A stretch of DNA of 64,000 bases from Patescibacteria group bacterium (GTDB lineage: Bacteria; Patescibacteriota; Minisyncoccia; UBA6257; UBA9933), in assembly GCA_038065955.1 (NCBI GenBank), contig JBBTPY010000001.1, forward strand, positions 92,061 through 156,060, in the 5' to 3' direction. The notes beneath the pieces were generated by a model. That model worked only from the letters and a program-made list of their open reading frames with translations. It made no database searches and was not told the DNA's origin. This document shows, one piece after another, positions 49,520-59,784 of this stretch; the stretch's first letter is position 1, and each line of letters opens with the position of its first letter. Both the position numbers and the translations under genes were made by a program.

Positions 49520-50563
49520 CTAGGATTTAGCCACCAGCGGAATTTGATATTTCGTCTCGCCCGCCTCAATAAAAGATTTTATATTCTCAATATCCGCGTC
49601 CAGAATCCTTTGAATTGCCTCTTTGGTGTTGAAAGCGTTATGCGGAGTAACGATGACATTCGGCATTTCCATTAAAACATGGTCTGCCAAAACCGCTTTT
49701 AAATTATGCCCCTCCGGATGGCCGTATAAAAGAAACGCCCGCTCGTCCTTGATAATTCCTTCTTCCTTTAAAACATCCGTGCAATATCCTCCTAAAATTC
49801 CGTCAGTTAAAGCTCTGACTATGTCCTCAATTTTAACCAAGCCGCCGCGGGCGGTATTAATTAATATAGCCCCTTTTTTCATTTTATTTATTTTTTCTAA
49901 ATCAATAAAATTGTGACTGGTTTCCGTATATGGAATATGAAGACTGATTACATCCGAATTCGCCAATAAATCATCGAGTGAAACATAAGAAAACCCAATT
50001 TCTTTTGACAAAATTTCATTGGGATAAGCGTCATAAGCCAAAACATTCATCCCAAAACCTTTGGCAATTTTTACCATAAATTTCCCGATTCTGCCGACGC
50101 CGACAATACCGATTGTTTTCCCGTTCAAATCAAAACCCTGTAAACCGTCAAAAGAAAAATTTTCATCTTCTTTAACGCGGCGAACAGCCTCAAAAATTTT
50201 CCGTGAAAAACTTAATAATAAGGCGAAGGCGAATTCCGCCACCGTATTATCGCCGTAACCGGGCACATAACCGGTTTTAATGCCGCGCGCCTTGACTATC
50301 TCCAAATCAATATGATCAAAACCAGTGGAACGAGTGGCAATAAGTTGAAGATTCGGAAAAGCGTCAATAACTTCTTTTTTTACTTCAGAACCGACAAAAA
50401 CCGAAACAGCGTCAAAATCCGCTTGTCCTGAGCTTTGCCGAAGGATTTCCGGCAAATTATCTTTATTTAATTTTGCCTCGCTGAAAGACAATTCAATGTT
50501 TGGCAAACGCTGTTTTACATATTCCGCTTCCCAAGGTTCTATTTCAAAAAAAGCTATTTTCAT
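49520..50563 (-). CDS. D-2-hydroxyacid (D-lactate-type) dehydrogenase
   Basis: RSTGFDHID, GVGRIG, INTARGGL, TPHNAF. Confidence 0.92.
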   Translation of the reverse strand: MKIAFFEIEPWEAEYVKQRLPNIELSFSEAKLNKDNLPEILRQSSGQADFDAVSVFVGSEVKKEVIDAFPNLQLIATRSTGFDHIDLEIVKARGIKTGYVPGYGDNTVAEFAFALLLSFSRKIFEAVRRVKEDENFSFDGLQGFDLNGKTIGIVGVGRIGKFMVKIAKGFGMNVLAYDAYPNEILSKEIGFSYVSLDDLLANSDVISLHIPYTETSHNFIDLEKINKMKKGAILINTARGGLVKIEDIVRALTDGILGGYCTDVLKEEGIIKDERAFLLYGHPEGHNLKAVLADHVLMEMPNVIVTPHNAFNTKEAIQRILDADIENIKSFIEAGETKYQIPLVAKS

Positions 50564-50583
50564 AAAATAAATGACATTATTTA

Positions 50584-51171
50584 TTATTTATTCTTTGTTT
50601 TTATCACTTCATCTATTAAACCATATTCTTTCGCTTCAGCCGCGCTGAGATAAAAATCACGGTCAGTGTCTTTTTCAATGCGCGAAAGCGGTTGACCGGT
50701 ATGCTTTGATAAAATCTGGTTAATCTTGTCTTTAATTTTTAAAATATGACGCGCGTTAATTTCAATGTCCGCGGCCTGACCTTCAACGCCACCCATTACT
50801 TGATGAAGCATTACTTCAGAATTGGACAAAGAAAATCTCTTGCCTTTTTTACCGGCCGCTAAAAGCACCGCGCCCATTGAAGCCGCTATACCGACGCAAA
50901 TAGTTGAAACATCTGGTTTAATATGCTGAATAGTGTCGTAAATGGCCATACCGGCAGTAACGACTCCGCCCGGAGTATTAAGATAAATCGTAATGTCTTT
51001 TTTAGGGTCTTCGTGTTCCAAAAATAAAAGCTGGGCGATAACCGCATTGGCCGCTTGGTCGCTAATTGGCCCGCCCAAAAAAATTATCCGGTCTTTTAAA
51101 AGACGGGAATAAATGTCATAAGCCCGCTCGCCCATATGATTTTTTTCAATTACTGTTGGAATTAAATTCAT
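50584..51171 (-). CDS. clpP: ATP-dependent Clp protease proteolytic subunit
   Basis: [33 protein letters not shown]. Confidence 0.97.
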   Translation of the reverse strand: MNLIPTVIEKNHMGERAYDIYSRLLKDRIIFLGGPISDQAANAVIAQLLFLEHEDPKKDITIYLNTPGGVVTAGMAIYDTIQHIKPDVSTICVGIAASMGAVLLAAGKKGKRFSLSNSEVMLHQVMGGVEGQAADIEINARHILKIKDKINQILSKHTGQPLSRIEKDTDRDFYLSAAEAKEYGLIDEVIKTKNK

Positions 51172-51698
51172 ACGCTTTTTTTATAATTTTCACGCGCTTT
51201 TTTAATTTCTTCTTTGGCTTTTTTCGCTCCTTCCCAACCTAAAATTTTTGTTTTTTTGCCTTCCAATTCTTTATAGGCTTGAAAAAAATGAGCGATTTCT
51301 TTTAATGAATGCTCGTGGGAAATTTTTAAATCTTTAATATCGAAAATATTGTCAAAACGCGGATTATCAGCCTGAACGCTTAAGATTTTATAATCCTCAT
51401 CGCCATTGTCAATCATTTTTAACATTCCAACCGGCCTGACCGAAACGATACAACCCGGAAAAAGCGGGTCGCTTCCCAAAACCATTACATCCAAGTTATC
51501 ACCGTCCGGCGAACTGGTTTCCGGAATAAATCCGTAATCGGCCGGATAATGCATCGGCGAATACAAAACTCTATCAAGTTTAATAATGCCGCTTTCTTTA
51601 TCTAATTCATATTTGTTCTGACTGTTTTTTGGAATTTCAATAACGGCGTTAATTATTTCCGGCGATTTTTTACCAATTGCGATTTTTAATAAATCCAT
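51168..51698 (-). CDS. ppa: Inorganic pyrophosphatase (family I)
   Basis: KYELDK...LDRVL...YGFIPET...DGDNLDV. Confidence 0.95.
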   Translation of the reverse strand: MDLLKIAIGKKSPEIINAVIEIPKNSQNKYELDKESGIIKLDRVLYSPMHYPADYGFIPETSSPDGDNLDVMVLGSDPLFPGCIVSVRPVGMLKMIDNGDEDYKILSVQADNPRFDNIFDIKDLKISHEHSLKEIAHFFQAYKELEGKKTKILGWEGAKKAKEEIKKARENYKKSV

Positions 51699-51716
51699 TT
51701 AATAATTTTACTCTTT

Positions 51717-52898
51717 TTATTCATCTTTAACAACCTCGGACGGCGCGATTTCTCCTTCAGGAGCGCTTTCGGCAATCCCTTCGGCTATCGCCTCATCCGG
51801 CCGCGCCAATGAACGGACGTCAATTTTCCAGCCGGTAAGCTTTGCCGCCAGCCGGACATTTTGACCGTTTTTTCCGATAGCCAAACTCAACTGGTCATCG
51901 GGTACGAAAACCTTGGCCTCCCGCCGTTGAAGAATTTGAACCGCTTTTACTTTTGCGGGCGAAAGGCTGGCGGACACAAATTTTTCCGGATTTTCCGACC
52001 ATTCAATAATATCAATCTTTTCATTGCCTAATTCGCCGGTTACCGCCATTACTCTGGTTCCTCGCTGGCCGATGCAAGCGCCTATCGGGTCAACTCCTTC
52101 AATTTTTGAAGCGACGGCGATTTTTGTCCGGTTGCCGGACTCTCTCGCAATCGCTTTTATTTCAACCGCGCCTTCGGCAATTTCCGGCACTTCCATTTCA
52201 AATAATTTAGAAACGAATTTCGGATGAGCTCTTGAAAGAACAATACCCGGAAGTCTGGCTTCTTCCTGAATCGCCAAAATATAAAACCGCAACCGATTGC
52301 CGACGCGATAATATTCGCCGGGAATAGTTTCATTAAAAAACATCACTCCCGTCGCCCGTCCAAGGTCAATAAAAACATTGCCGCGTTCCATTCGCTGAAC
52401 GACGCCTGAAATAATTTCTCCTTCTTTCCCTTGAAATTCTTTTTTAATGGATTCTCTTTCGGCTTCCCTGATTTTCTGTAAAATCACCTGTTTAGCGGTC
52501 TGAGCCGCAATGCGACCGAAATCTTCATGCGCTTCAAGCGACATCTCCAATTCATCTCCAATCTGAATGTCTGAATTAATTTGCCTTGCTTCTTCAATAA
52601 AAATATGGCGGTCAGAATTATAAATCGGAATAACCGACTCGGGTTCAACGGCAATCTCCTCGTCTTTGTTTTTTACAATAACCGTATTCTTATCAACTAC
52701 GGTTTTTACTTTCCAAAATTTAAGCCCGCCGGTTTTTAAATCCAGTTTGGTTTTAATGTTTTCCCCTCTTTTAGCGTATTCTTTTTTATAAGCCGCGGCA
52801 ACGGAATACTCAATGGCTTCCAAAACCGCCAACGGTTTAATATTTTTTTCCGCAGCGATTTGTTCAATCGCGCGATTTAAATTTTTTATATCAATCAT
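51717..52898 (-). CDS. nusA: Transcription factor NusA
   Basis: FGRIAAQTAKQV, GACIGQRG, LSLAIGKNGQNVRLA. Confidence 0.97.
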   Translation of the reverse strand: MIDIKNLNRAIEQIAAEKNIKPLAVLEAIEYSVAAAYKKEYAKRGENIKTKLDLKTGGLKFWKVKTVVDKNTVIVKNKDEEIAVEPESVIPIYNSDRHIFIEEARQINSDIQIGDELEMSLEAHEDFGRIAAQTAKQVILQKIREAERESIKKEFQGKEGEIISGVVQRMERGNVFIDLGRATGVMFFNETIPGEYYRVGNRLRFYILAIQEEARLPGIVLSRAHPKFVSKLFEMEVPEIAEGAVEIKAIARESGNRTKIAVASKIEGVDPIGACIGQRGTRVMAVTGELGNEKIDIIEWSENPEKFVSASLSPAKVKAVQILQRREAKVFVPDDQLSLAIGKNGQNVRLAAKLTGWKIDVRSLARPDEAIAEGIAESAPEGEIAPSEVVKDE

Positions 52899-52994
52899 AA
52901 TTATTTAGTTAAAATACAAGGCCGCTTTCGGCGACCTTTATATTATTTATAATAAACGATGAAAAACAAAAAGTCAAGAAAAGCATTTGACGAT

Positions 52995-53669
52995 TTAAAC
53001 GCAGCGCCACTCTTTAATTTTTTTATGGTCGCCGGATAAAAGAATTTTTGGAACCGCGTATTTTTTTCCTTTATAAATAAAAACTTCCGGCCGAGTGTAA
53101 ACCGGCGCGCCAACGCCGCATCGTCCTTCTTCAATTGATTCTTGTTTGCCTAAAACTCCCGGAATCTGCCGCGAGACCGCATCTATTAAAATCATCGCCG
53201 GCAATTCTCCTCCCGTTAAAACAAATGGCCCTACAGATATTTCTTCAATTTTAAATCCTAAATCTTTAATTGCTTTCTTAACTCTTTCATCAATCCCTTC
53301 ATAGCGGCCGCAGATTAAAATCAGATTGTCATAATTTCCCGCCAATTGCCTCGCGATTTTATTGTCAAATTGTTTTCCGGTCGGAGTGAATAATATGACT
53401 TTTGATTTTTGCCGCCTTTGACGAGTCTCGCCCTTGGCGGGATACTTAATATTTGATACCGCCTTAATAATGGGTTCAATTTTCATTACCATCCCCGGTC
53501 CGCCACCGAACGGTCTGTCATCAACTTTTTTATGTTTATCCGTTGAAAAATCGCGCAAATTGCTGATTTTAACTTTAATCAATTTTTTTTCCTGTGCGCG
53601 CTTCAAAATTGACTCATTTAAATAACTGTTAAACATCTGAGGAAAAATTGTAATAATATTAAAACGCAT
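52995..53669 (-). CDS. trmD: tRNA (guanine-N1)-methyltransferase
   Basis: VDDRPFGGGPGM, CGRYEGIDER, VLTGGE. Confidence 0.97.
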   Translation of the reverse strand: MRFNIITIFPQMFNSYLNESILKRAQEKKLIKVKISNLRDFSTDKHKKVDDRPFGGGPGMVMKIEPIIKAVSNIKYPAKGETRQRRQKSKVILFTPTGKQFDNKIARQLAGNYDNLILICGRYEGIDERVKKAIKDLGFKIEEISVGPFVLTGGELPAMILIDAVSRQIPGVLGKQESIEEGRCGVGAPVYTRPEVFIYKGKKYAVPKILLSGDHKKIKEWRCV

Positions 53670-53716
53670 TTTATGTATTATATCAAAAACCGCGCCAAAA
53701 GGCGCGGTTTTTTTGA

Positions 53717-53986
53717 TTATCTTTGTTCTCTTGTTGACCCTTCCGGTTCAAAAATTTTCAAATTGACACGAGCGTGATTTTTTATTCCGACAATTCTCAA
53801 TAATGACCGAATCGCCTGGGCGGTTAAGCCCCCGCGGCCAATCACCTGAGCCATATCTGTCGGATGAACTTTTAAAGTCAAAAGCACTCCCATTTCGTCA
53901 ACTTTTCTCTCAACTTTAACTTCTTCCGGGTGTTCAACGATTGATTTAATAAGAAATTCAAGAAATTCTTTGTCTTTATCTGGCAT
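53717..53986 (-). CDS. khpA: KH-domain RNA-binding protein (KhpA/YlqC)
   Basis: DMAQVIGRGG; conserved position between rpsP and trmD. Confidence 0.85.
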   Translation of the reverse strand: MPDKDKEFLEFLIKSIVEHPEEVKVERKVDEMGVLLTLKVHPTDMAQVIGRGGLTAQAIRSLLRIVGIKNHARVNLKIFEPEGSTREQR

Positions 53987-54036
53987 ATCAATTACAACCT
54001 ATCATTTATTTATGTTTATTCGACCTTTTTATAAAA

Positions 54037-54324
54037 TCAGACTTTTTCTTCCTGTTTTTTTGACTTTTTATGAACCGGCTTTTTCTTCCCTTTAACGGCT
54101 CCCGATTTTACCAATAAATTATAAACCGTGTCCGTCGGCTGAGCGCCGACTTTTAACCAATGTTCCGCTCTTTCATTATTTATTTTAAACTCGTCGCTTC
54201 GGGGATTAGCCCAGCCCAAATCTTCAACATAACGGCCGCCCAATTTTGACCGCTTTTCCGCCACAATAATTCTGAAACTGGCCTGTCCTTTTTTGCCTAT
54301 TCTTTTGAATTTGATTGCCAACAT
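54037..54324 (-). CDS. rpsP: 30S ribosomal protein S16
   Basis: IKFKRIGKK...FRIIVA...WLKVGAQPTDTV. Confidence 0.97.
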   Translation of the reverse strand: MLAIKFKRIGKKGQASFRIIVAEKRSKLGGRYVEDLGWANPRSDEFKINNERAEHWLKVGAQPTDTVYNLLVKSGAVKGKKKPVHKKSKKQEEKV

Positions 54325-54385
54325 ATATTTTTATTATGAATAATAATATTAATAAATAAAAAATTGAAAGTCAAGATTATATCAT

Positions 54386-54517
54386 AATTATATCATATCA
54401 ATTTCGGTTATTTCAACGATCGTTGAAATAACCGAAATTGGCTGAAACATTAAAAACATTAAATGTTCTTCTGTAAAATTATCTGTAAAATTATCTGTAA
54501 AATTAATAAATGATTAT
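54386..54517. repeat. Gene-less third copy of the palindrome (54399-54440) with flanks matching 42393-42598
   Basis: AATTATATCAYATCAATTTCGG...GAAATTGRCTGAAACATTAAA...CTGTAAAATTAATAAATGATTAT; local 12-nt tandem (CTGTAAAATTAW)x3. Confidence 0.9.
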
Positions 54518-54543
54518 ATCTTTATGTATTAAAAGTGTTTCTT

Positions 54544-56736
54544 TTATAATTTGATGGATAATAACTTTGACGTGCCGTCTTCGTTCATCGTTACGCCGTA
54601 CAGAACATTGGCGGCTTCCATTACCGTCCGGTTATGAGTAACGATAATAAACTGCGTCTGATTGGAAAAATCTTTTATTAAATTGGAAAAACGCCGAGAA
54701 TTTTTTTCGTCCAAAGCGGCGTCAATTTCATCTAAAACCAGAAACGGCGGTGGACTGACGGCAATCAAAGCAAAAAGCGCGGCAATGGAAATCAAACTTT
54801 TTTCGCCGCCAGAAAGCGCCTCTAAATCGATTATTTTCTTTTTCGGCAGATTAACTTCAATCTCAATGCCGGATTTTTCTTCCGTTTTTTCTTCTTGTTC
54901 TTTAATTTCGAATTTATTATTATTTTCCACAATTTCTTCGTTGTCGTCGGTTGTCGGTCGTCGGTCGTAAGTTTTTAATTTTAGTTTCGCGCCGCCGCCT
55001 TCAAACATCAACCGGAAGAAATAATTAAACTTTTCATTGATTAAATGAAGGGCGTTTTTGAATTCCAAATGAATTTTTTCCTTGAGCTCGCGAATTATAA
55101 TTTTAAGGTCTTGAACCGCTTTTCCTAAATCTTCAACCTGTAAAGATAAAAAATTATAATGATTTTCCGTTTCCTTAGCTTCTTTAATCAAGGCGCCGTC
55201 AATCTCGCCGATGCTTGCCAATTCTCCGCGAAGTTTCAGCATCCGCCTTTCGGTCTCGTCCATTTTTAAAGCGCCGAAATCCGCCGAAGATTGAAAGCCG
55301 CCCGCCTGCTGACGAGGCAAAGAAGAAAATTCTTTCAAATTTCTGCTCGCTTGGAGCAATTGGCCTTCCAAATCATGAAGCCTTAAATCTATTCTTTCTT
55401 TCGCGAATAAAAGTTTCTGTTTTAAATTTTCCAAACCGGAAATTTCGTCTTTTTTCTTTTCCAGCTCTTCAAAGGCTTTTTGAAAAGAACTGTTAAATTC
55501 TTCCAATTCTACCGTAATTCGCGATTCTTCATCGCCTAATTCTTGAAGCTCCGCCTCAATAACGCTAATTTCCTTAATCAAAGTGTTTTTTGATTTTTCC
55601 AATTCATTTATTTCCAACGACTTTTTATTAAGCGGCTGATTAAAAAAATCGCCGATTTTTAACATTAATTCCTTAATTATGGCGGCCGCTTTGTTAAAAT
55701 CGGCGGACGCCAGACATTTTTCAAGACCGTCTTTGACGCCCCTAAGAATAACAAGCGCTTCCCTATTTTCAAAAGCGTCATCGGAAATCGCCACGGCGCT
55801 TAAAATTTCCAATTTCGCCTCAAACCGGCTCAATTCTTTCTGAATTTTCAACTGCTTAGCCAATAAATCATTTTTAAGATTCCTGATTTCGTTAAGATTA
55901 TGGCGTTTTGAACCGCTTTCTATTTTTTTAACTTCGTTTTCCAGAATTTTAAGCTCGTCGGCGGCGATAATAATTTTCTTTTCCAATTCTTCAAATTGAG
56001 GAGCAGTTGTTTTTCTTTCATCTAAAATTTCGCCGACTTTAAAAGAAAAATATCCGTCTTCCAATTCTTTTAATTCTTTTTCCACTTCAGCCCGCTTTTC
56101 AAATTTGGCGGTTTGGCGTTTTAATAATCTAAGCCGGGGAAGAACTTCCTCAGTCATCGCTTTAACTTTTTCCAAATTAACCAGAGTGTTTTCCAATTTT
56201 CGCTCGGCTTCCGATTTTTTCAACTGAAATTCCCTTAACCCCAGAATCTCCTCAATCATCGCCTTTCTTTCTTCGGCCGAAGCCCTTACAAATAAATCGC
56301 TGGAACCCTGATTGATAATCGTCAAACCCTTGGTGCCTAATCGGGCGCGGGCGAAAAAATCAACAATATCTTTCAGCCTTACTTCCGATTTATTTAAAAA
56401 ATATTGAGAAACGCCATCGCGCGCCAGCCGGCGCGAAATAACAACTTCTTTAAACTCAACAGGGAAAAATCCCGAAGAATTGTCAAAAGTAAGCCCGACC
56501 GAAGCCATTCCAAGACGCGATTTTTTCGGTGTGCCGGCGAAAATAAGATTTTCGCTTTTAGATCCTCTTAAATTTTTAGATTCCCGCTCCCCTAAAAGCC
56601 AGCGAATTCCGTCAATAATATTTGATTTCCCGCTTCCATTCGGGCCGACAATGGCGGTAATGCCATCGGGAAATTCCAAAATCGTTTTTGAAGCGAAAGA
56701 TTTGAAACCGTTAAGTTCAAGGGATTTTAAAAACAT
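54544..56736 (-). CDS. smc: Shortened SMC-family ATPase
   Basis: GFKSFA, GPNGSGKSN, LSGGEK, LDEIDAALD, IVTHN; only about 730 aa. Confidence 0.85.
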   Translation of the reverse strand: MFLKSLELNGFKSFASKTILEFPDGITAIVGPNGSGKSNIIDGIRWLLGERESKNLRGSKSENLIFAGTPKKSRLGMASVGLTFDNSSGFFPVEFKEVVISRRLARDGVSQYFLNKSEVRLKDIVDFFARARLGTKGLTIINQGSSDLFVRASAEERKAMIEEILGLREFQLKKSEAERKLENTLVNLEKVKAMTEEVLPRLRLLKRQTAKFEKRAEVEKELKELEDGYFSFKVGEILDERKTTAPQFEELEKKIIIAADELKILENEVKKIESGSKRHNLNEIRNLKNDLLAKQLKIQKELSRFEAKLEILSAVAISDDAFENREALVILRGVKDGLEKCLASADFNKAAAIIKELMLKIGDFFNQPLNKKSLEINELEKSKNTLIKEISVIEAELQELGDEESRITVELEEFNSSFQKAFEELEKKKDEISGLENLKQKLLFAKERIDLRLHDLEGQLLQASRNLKEFSSLPRQQAGGFQSSADFGALKMDETERRMLKLRGELASIGEIDGALIKEAKETENHYNFLSLQVEDLGKAVQDLKIIIRELKEKIHLEFKNALHLINEKFNYFFRLMFEGGGAKLKLKTYDRRPTTDDNEEIVENNNKFEIKEQEEKTEEKSGIEIEVNLPKKKIIDLEALSGGEKSLISIAALFALIAVSPPPFLVLDEIDAALDEKNSRRFSNLIKDFSNQTQFIIVTHNRTVMEAANVLYGVTMNEDGTSKLLSIKL

Positions 56737-57406
56737 ATAGCGCTTTTTTCGCCGCTTCAACTTCGGCTTCTTGTTTGGAAAGGCCTTCGCCTTCGGCGGC
56801 TAAATTTCCGTTAAAATAAACGCCGACTTTAAATATCTTGGCATGGTCGGGACCGCGCTCGGAAAGCACTGAATAAGTCGGCGTACATTTAAATTTTTCC
56901 TGAATAATTTCCTGAAGAAGGCTTTTTGGGTCTCTATAAAGTTTTTTCTCCATCACCTCATCCGTCCGCGCCATCACAAAACGAACTATGAAATTTTTAG
57001 CGGCTTCATAACCGGAGTCGAGATAAATAGCGCCGAACAAAGCTTCAAAAGCGTTGGCGGAAATCACTTCTCTGGCCTTGCCGGTATCTTTTGACTCTCC
57101 CCGAGAAAGTAAAATATATTCGTTTAAATTAACGTCTTTTGAAACTTCCGCCAGCATTTGATAATTTACCAAAGCCGCCCGAATACCGGTGAGCTCTCCT
57201 TCGCTTAAATCCGGAAAACGGCTGAAAAGATTTTCTGTCGCCGCCAATTCCAAAACCGCGTCGCCCAAAAATTCCAGCCGTTCATTATGAGGAACACCCC
57301 ATGAAGGATTTTCATTAAGATAAGAACGATGAGTTAAAGCTTCTTTAAGAAGATTCTTATTTTTAAATTCAACGCCGAGTTTTTTTTCCAATAAAGATAA
57401 ATCCAC
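56717..57406 (-). CDS. rnc: Ribonuclease III
   Basis: HNERLEFLGDAVL; dsRBD DPKSLLQE. Confidence 0.97.
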   Translation of the reverse strand: MDLSLLEKKLGVEFKNKNLLKEALTHRSYLNENPSWGVPHNERLEFLGDAVLELAATENLFSRFPDLSEGELTGIRAALVNYQMLAEVSKDVNLNEYILLSRGESKDTGKAREVISANAFEALFGAIYLDSGYEAAKNFIVRFVMARTDEVMEKKLYRDPKSLLQEIIQEKFKCTPTYSVLSERGPDHAKIFKVGVYFNGNLAAEGEGLSKQEAEVEAAKKALYVFKIP

Positions 57407-57410
57407 TAAA

Positions 57411-57487
57411 TTTAGGATTTAGGATTTAGGATTTAGGATTTAGGACAATTTAAATCACCCTAAATTCTAAATTCTATATTCTAAATT
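57411..57487. repeat. Opposed 7-nt tandem arrays
   Basis: (TTTAGGA)x5 at 57411-57445 then (CTAAATT-like)x4 at 57460-57487. Confidence 0.85.
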
Positions 57488-57910
57488 TTATTTATTTTCC
57501 ATTTCCTTATACACCGTTCCCAAAACGCCGTTGATAAATTTTCGGGAATTGGCGCCGCCGAAATTTTTCGCCAATTCAATAGCTTCGTTAATAGCCACTT
57601 TTTCCGGCACTTCATTTTTATCGGCGTATAATAATTCATAAATCCCTATTCGCAACACATTTCTGTCAACGATTGAAATCTGGCTAAGCGGCCACTGGGG
57701 GGCGGCCTGCGTTATAATTTTATCCAAAGAATCAAGATTCTCCGTTACTCCCTTAACAATCCGCCAGACAAATTCCGGCTCATTGATGCCGGCGCCAAAT
57801 TCTTCTATGTTGCGCTCAACAATCTCGGTCAAATCAGGTTTTTTATTGTAAAAGTCCCATTCGTAAAGAGATTGAAGAACGATTGAACGAGCTAAATGCC
57901 GTGTAGCCAT
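57488..57910 (-). CDS. nusB: Transcription antitermination factor NusB
   Basis: [13 protein letters not shown]...[11 protein letters not shown]...FINGVL. Confidence 0.96.
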   Translation of the reverse strand: MATRHLARSIVLQSLYEWDFYNKKPDLTEIVERNIEEFGAGINEPEFVWRIVKGVTENLDSLDKIITQAAPQWPLSQISIVDRNVLRIGIYELLYADKNEVPEKVAINEAIELAKNFGGANSRKFINGVLGTVYKEMENK

Positions 57911-57911
57911 T

Positions 57912-58106
57912 TTATTTCTTCACTCTCAATTTCGGTTCTTTAACTATCCTTCCTTTATAATTTCCGCACTGACCGCACATTTTATGCGGCAAAACCGGCG
58001 ACTGACAATTCGCGCAAGCGAAAATACCTGACGGTTTCAACGCCAAATGAGACCTTCTGCGGCCGACTTTTGATTTAGTATGATGTTTTACCGGTACGCC
58101 TCCCAT
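57912..58106 (-). CDS. rpmF: 50S ribosomal protein L32
   Basis: [17 protein letters not shown]...CANC...[11 protein letters not shown]. Confidence 0.95.
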   Translation of the reverse strand: MGGVPVKHHTKSKVGRRRSHLALKPSGIFACANCQSPVLPHKMCGQCGNYKGRIVKEPKLRVKK

Positions 58107-58173
58107 TGTTTAGTGATTAGTAAATAGTGATTAGTAATTAGTATTTAGGATTTTTGGAAAAAAGTCAATAAAT

Positions 58174-58761
58174 TTATTTTTTCCAATCTCCGGAATTAAA
58201 TCTATTATTCCCTTGCCTATGCCATTCGTGCGGGTCAGAATCAAGCAATTCTTTCCATAATTTTTTGGCGGATTCCGTATAAAGCTTGCTGTTTCCGACA
58301 TGTTCCCTAATTTCCTTAAATGTACTGCCGATAGTATTACCTTTGGAAAACTGCTCTTTTAATTCAAAATCAACGTCCAAATTATCCGCGTCCTTGATTA
58401 TTTTCGCCTCCAGCGTTTCTTTCTTATCGCATTCTTTCCATAATTCAATAAATTCTTTTTCTATCGCCGTATTTTTTAAAATATCGCCGATGGCATTTGA
58501 CTCTTTTCTTTCGGTATATTGTCTTGACAGATAATTTACGTCTCCGGTCCGGCTTTCTGCGATATCATGGACTAAAGCCATTTTTAACAATTTCCCGATA
58601 TCTTTCACACCTTCGCGTTCCGCTAAAATTATGGCTATCCAAGCGACCCTTAAAGTATGTTCAGAAACATTCGCGAAATCGGCATTCAAAAAATGCCTCC
58701 ATGTTCTTGGTATAAATCGCAAACAACCAATTTCATAAAGAAAATTTATATCTTTTTTCAT
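58174..58761 (-). CDS. HD-domain 5'-deoxynucleotidase-like (YfbR/HDDC2)
   Basis: VSEHTLRV...LVHDIAESRTGD...KDADNLD. Confidence 0.85.
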   Translation of the reverse strand: MKKDINFLYEIGCLRFIPRTWRHFLNADFANVSEHTLRVAWIAIILAEREGVKDIGKLLKMALVHDIAESRTGDVNYLSRQYTERKESNAIGDILKNTAIEKEFIELWKECDKKETLEAKIIKDADNLDVDFELKEQFSKGNTIGSTFKEIREHVGNSKLYTESAKKLWKELLDSDPHEWHRQGNNRFNSGDWKK

Positions 58762-58845
58762 ATTATCATTATAATATATAATATAAAATTCATAAAATAA
58801 AAAGGCGCCGCGGGATTTCTCCTTTGGCGCCGAGTTTTTTGTTTT

Positions 58846-59673
58846 TTATCTGTTTAAAAGAATTTCTTCGTTTTTCTTTAATTGATTTAAAACAATATGC
58901 CAGCCGTGTTCATACACGTGAACGTCTTTGCCCGAAACAATCATCGGCCCGTCTTCCAGCCCCAAAACGTCTTTCATATATTCTTTGAGCAATTGGAATC
59001 CGCCGACATTCTCCGGAAAGCCGTCCCTGAGATCCCATGAACGGAAATATATCCAAAAGTGCAATTTACCGTTTTCTACCCAACAGTCAATACTGCGAAG
59101 ACATTGAGAACTCACTTGGACTTGCTCATTTTTATTCCATACATTCGTTATATATCTTGACCATAAAGGCTTCCCCGTATTGCGATCCGTAACCAAAATC
59201 ATTTCATGAAGATCAACTTCCCTATTGTAATGGAATAAAGATTCCGGCCGCCCGACAATCATATGACCGCATGCCGATCCAAAACCATGTTTTTTAAAAT
59301 AAGCTATTACTTCTTCCACTTGCCACCAAAGGTCCTGTCCGTAAGTATAATGCTGGTCAGGCGCGACATCTGGAGTTATTAATGATTCAAAATATTTATA
59401 AATCTTTTCTTCCGTGGTCGGCGGCGGAATCCCCGAACCCTCTGGAATATAAACAGCTAAATCTCTGATCCATGGTTTATGAATTTCAATTACCAAAGGC
59501 AATGTTAACCGATGCTGCCCTTCAAAACTTCCGGCTTCAACTTTATATTTTCTTCCATCCGTTATCACTTTGTCGAGAGCCACGTACCAGCAATAACTGA
59601 TACTGGAACCAACAATATGATGAACCATCGGCGTAAAACCCGGTTCAATCAATAAACGATTATTTTCTTTCAT
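58846..59673 (-). CDS. Thymidylate synthase-like protein (archaeal-type)
   Basis: HYTYGQ, QCLRSID, YFRSWDL..GFPEN, HVYE. Confidence 0.8.
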   Translation of the reverse strand: MKENNRLLIEPGFTPMVHHIVGSSISYCWYVALDKVITDGRKYKVEAGSFEGQHRLTLPLVIEIHKPWIRDLAVYIPEGSGIPPPTTEEKIYKYFESLITPDVAPDQHYTYGQDLWWQVEEVIAYFKKHGFGSACGHMIVGRPESLFHYNREVDLHEMILVTDRNTGKPLWSRYITNVWNKNEQVQVSSQCLRSIDCWVENGKLHFWIYFRSWDLRDGFPENVGGFQLLKEYMKDVLGLEDGPMIVSGKDVHVYEHGWHIVLNQLKKNEEILLNR

Positions 59674-59784
59674 AATTCACCTCCTATTTAATTTTAAATT
59701 TAATTCTATAAATTAGAATAGAATAAAACAAAATTTTGTCAATCATTGAAAAATATAAATAAATTTACGATACTTAAAATTAAT

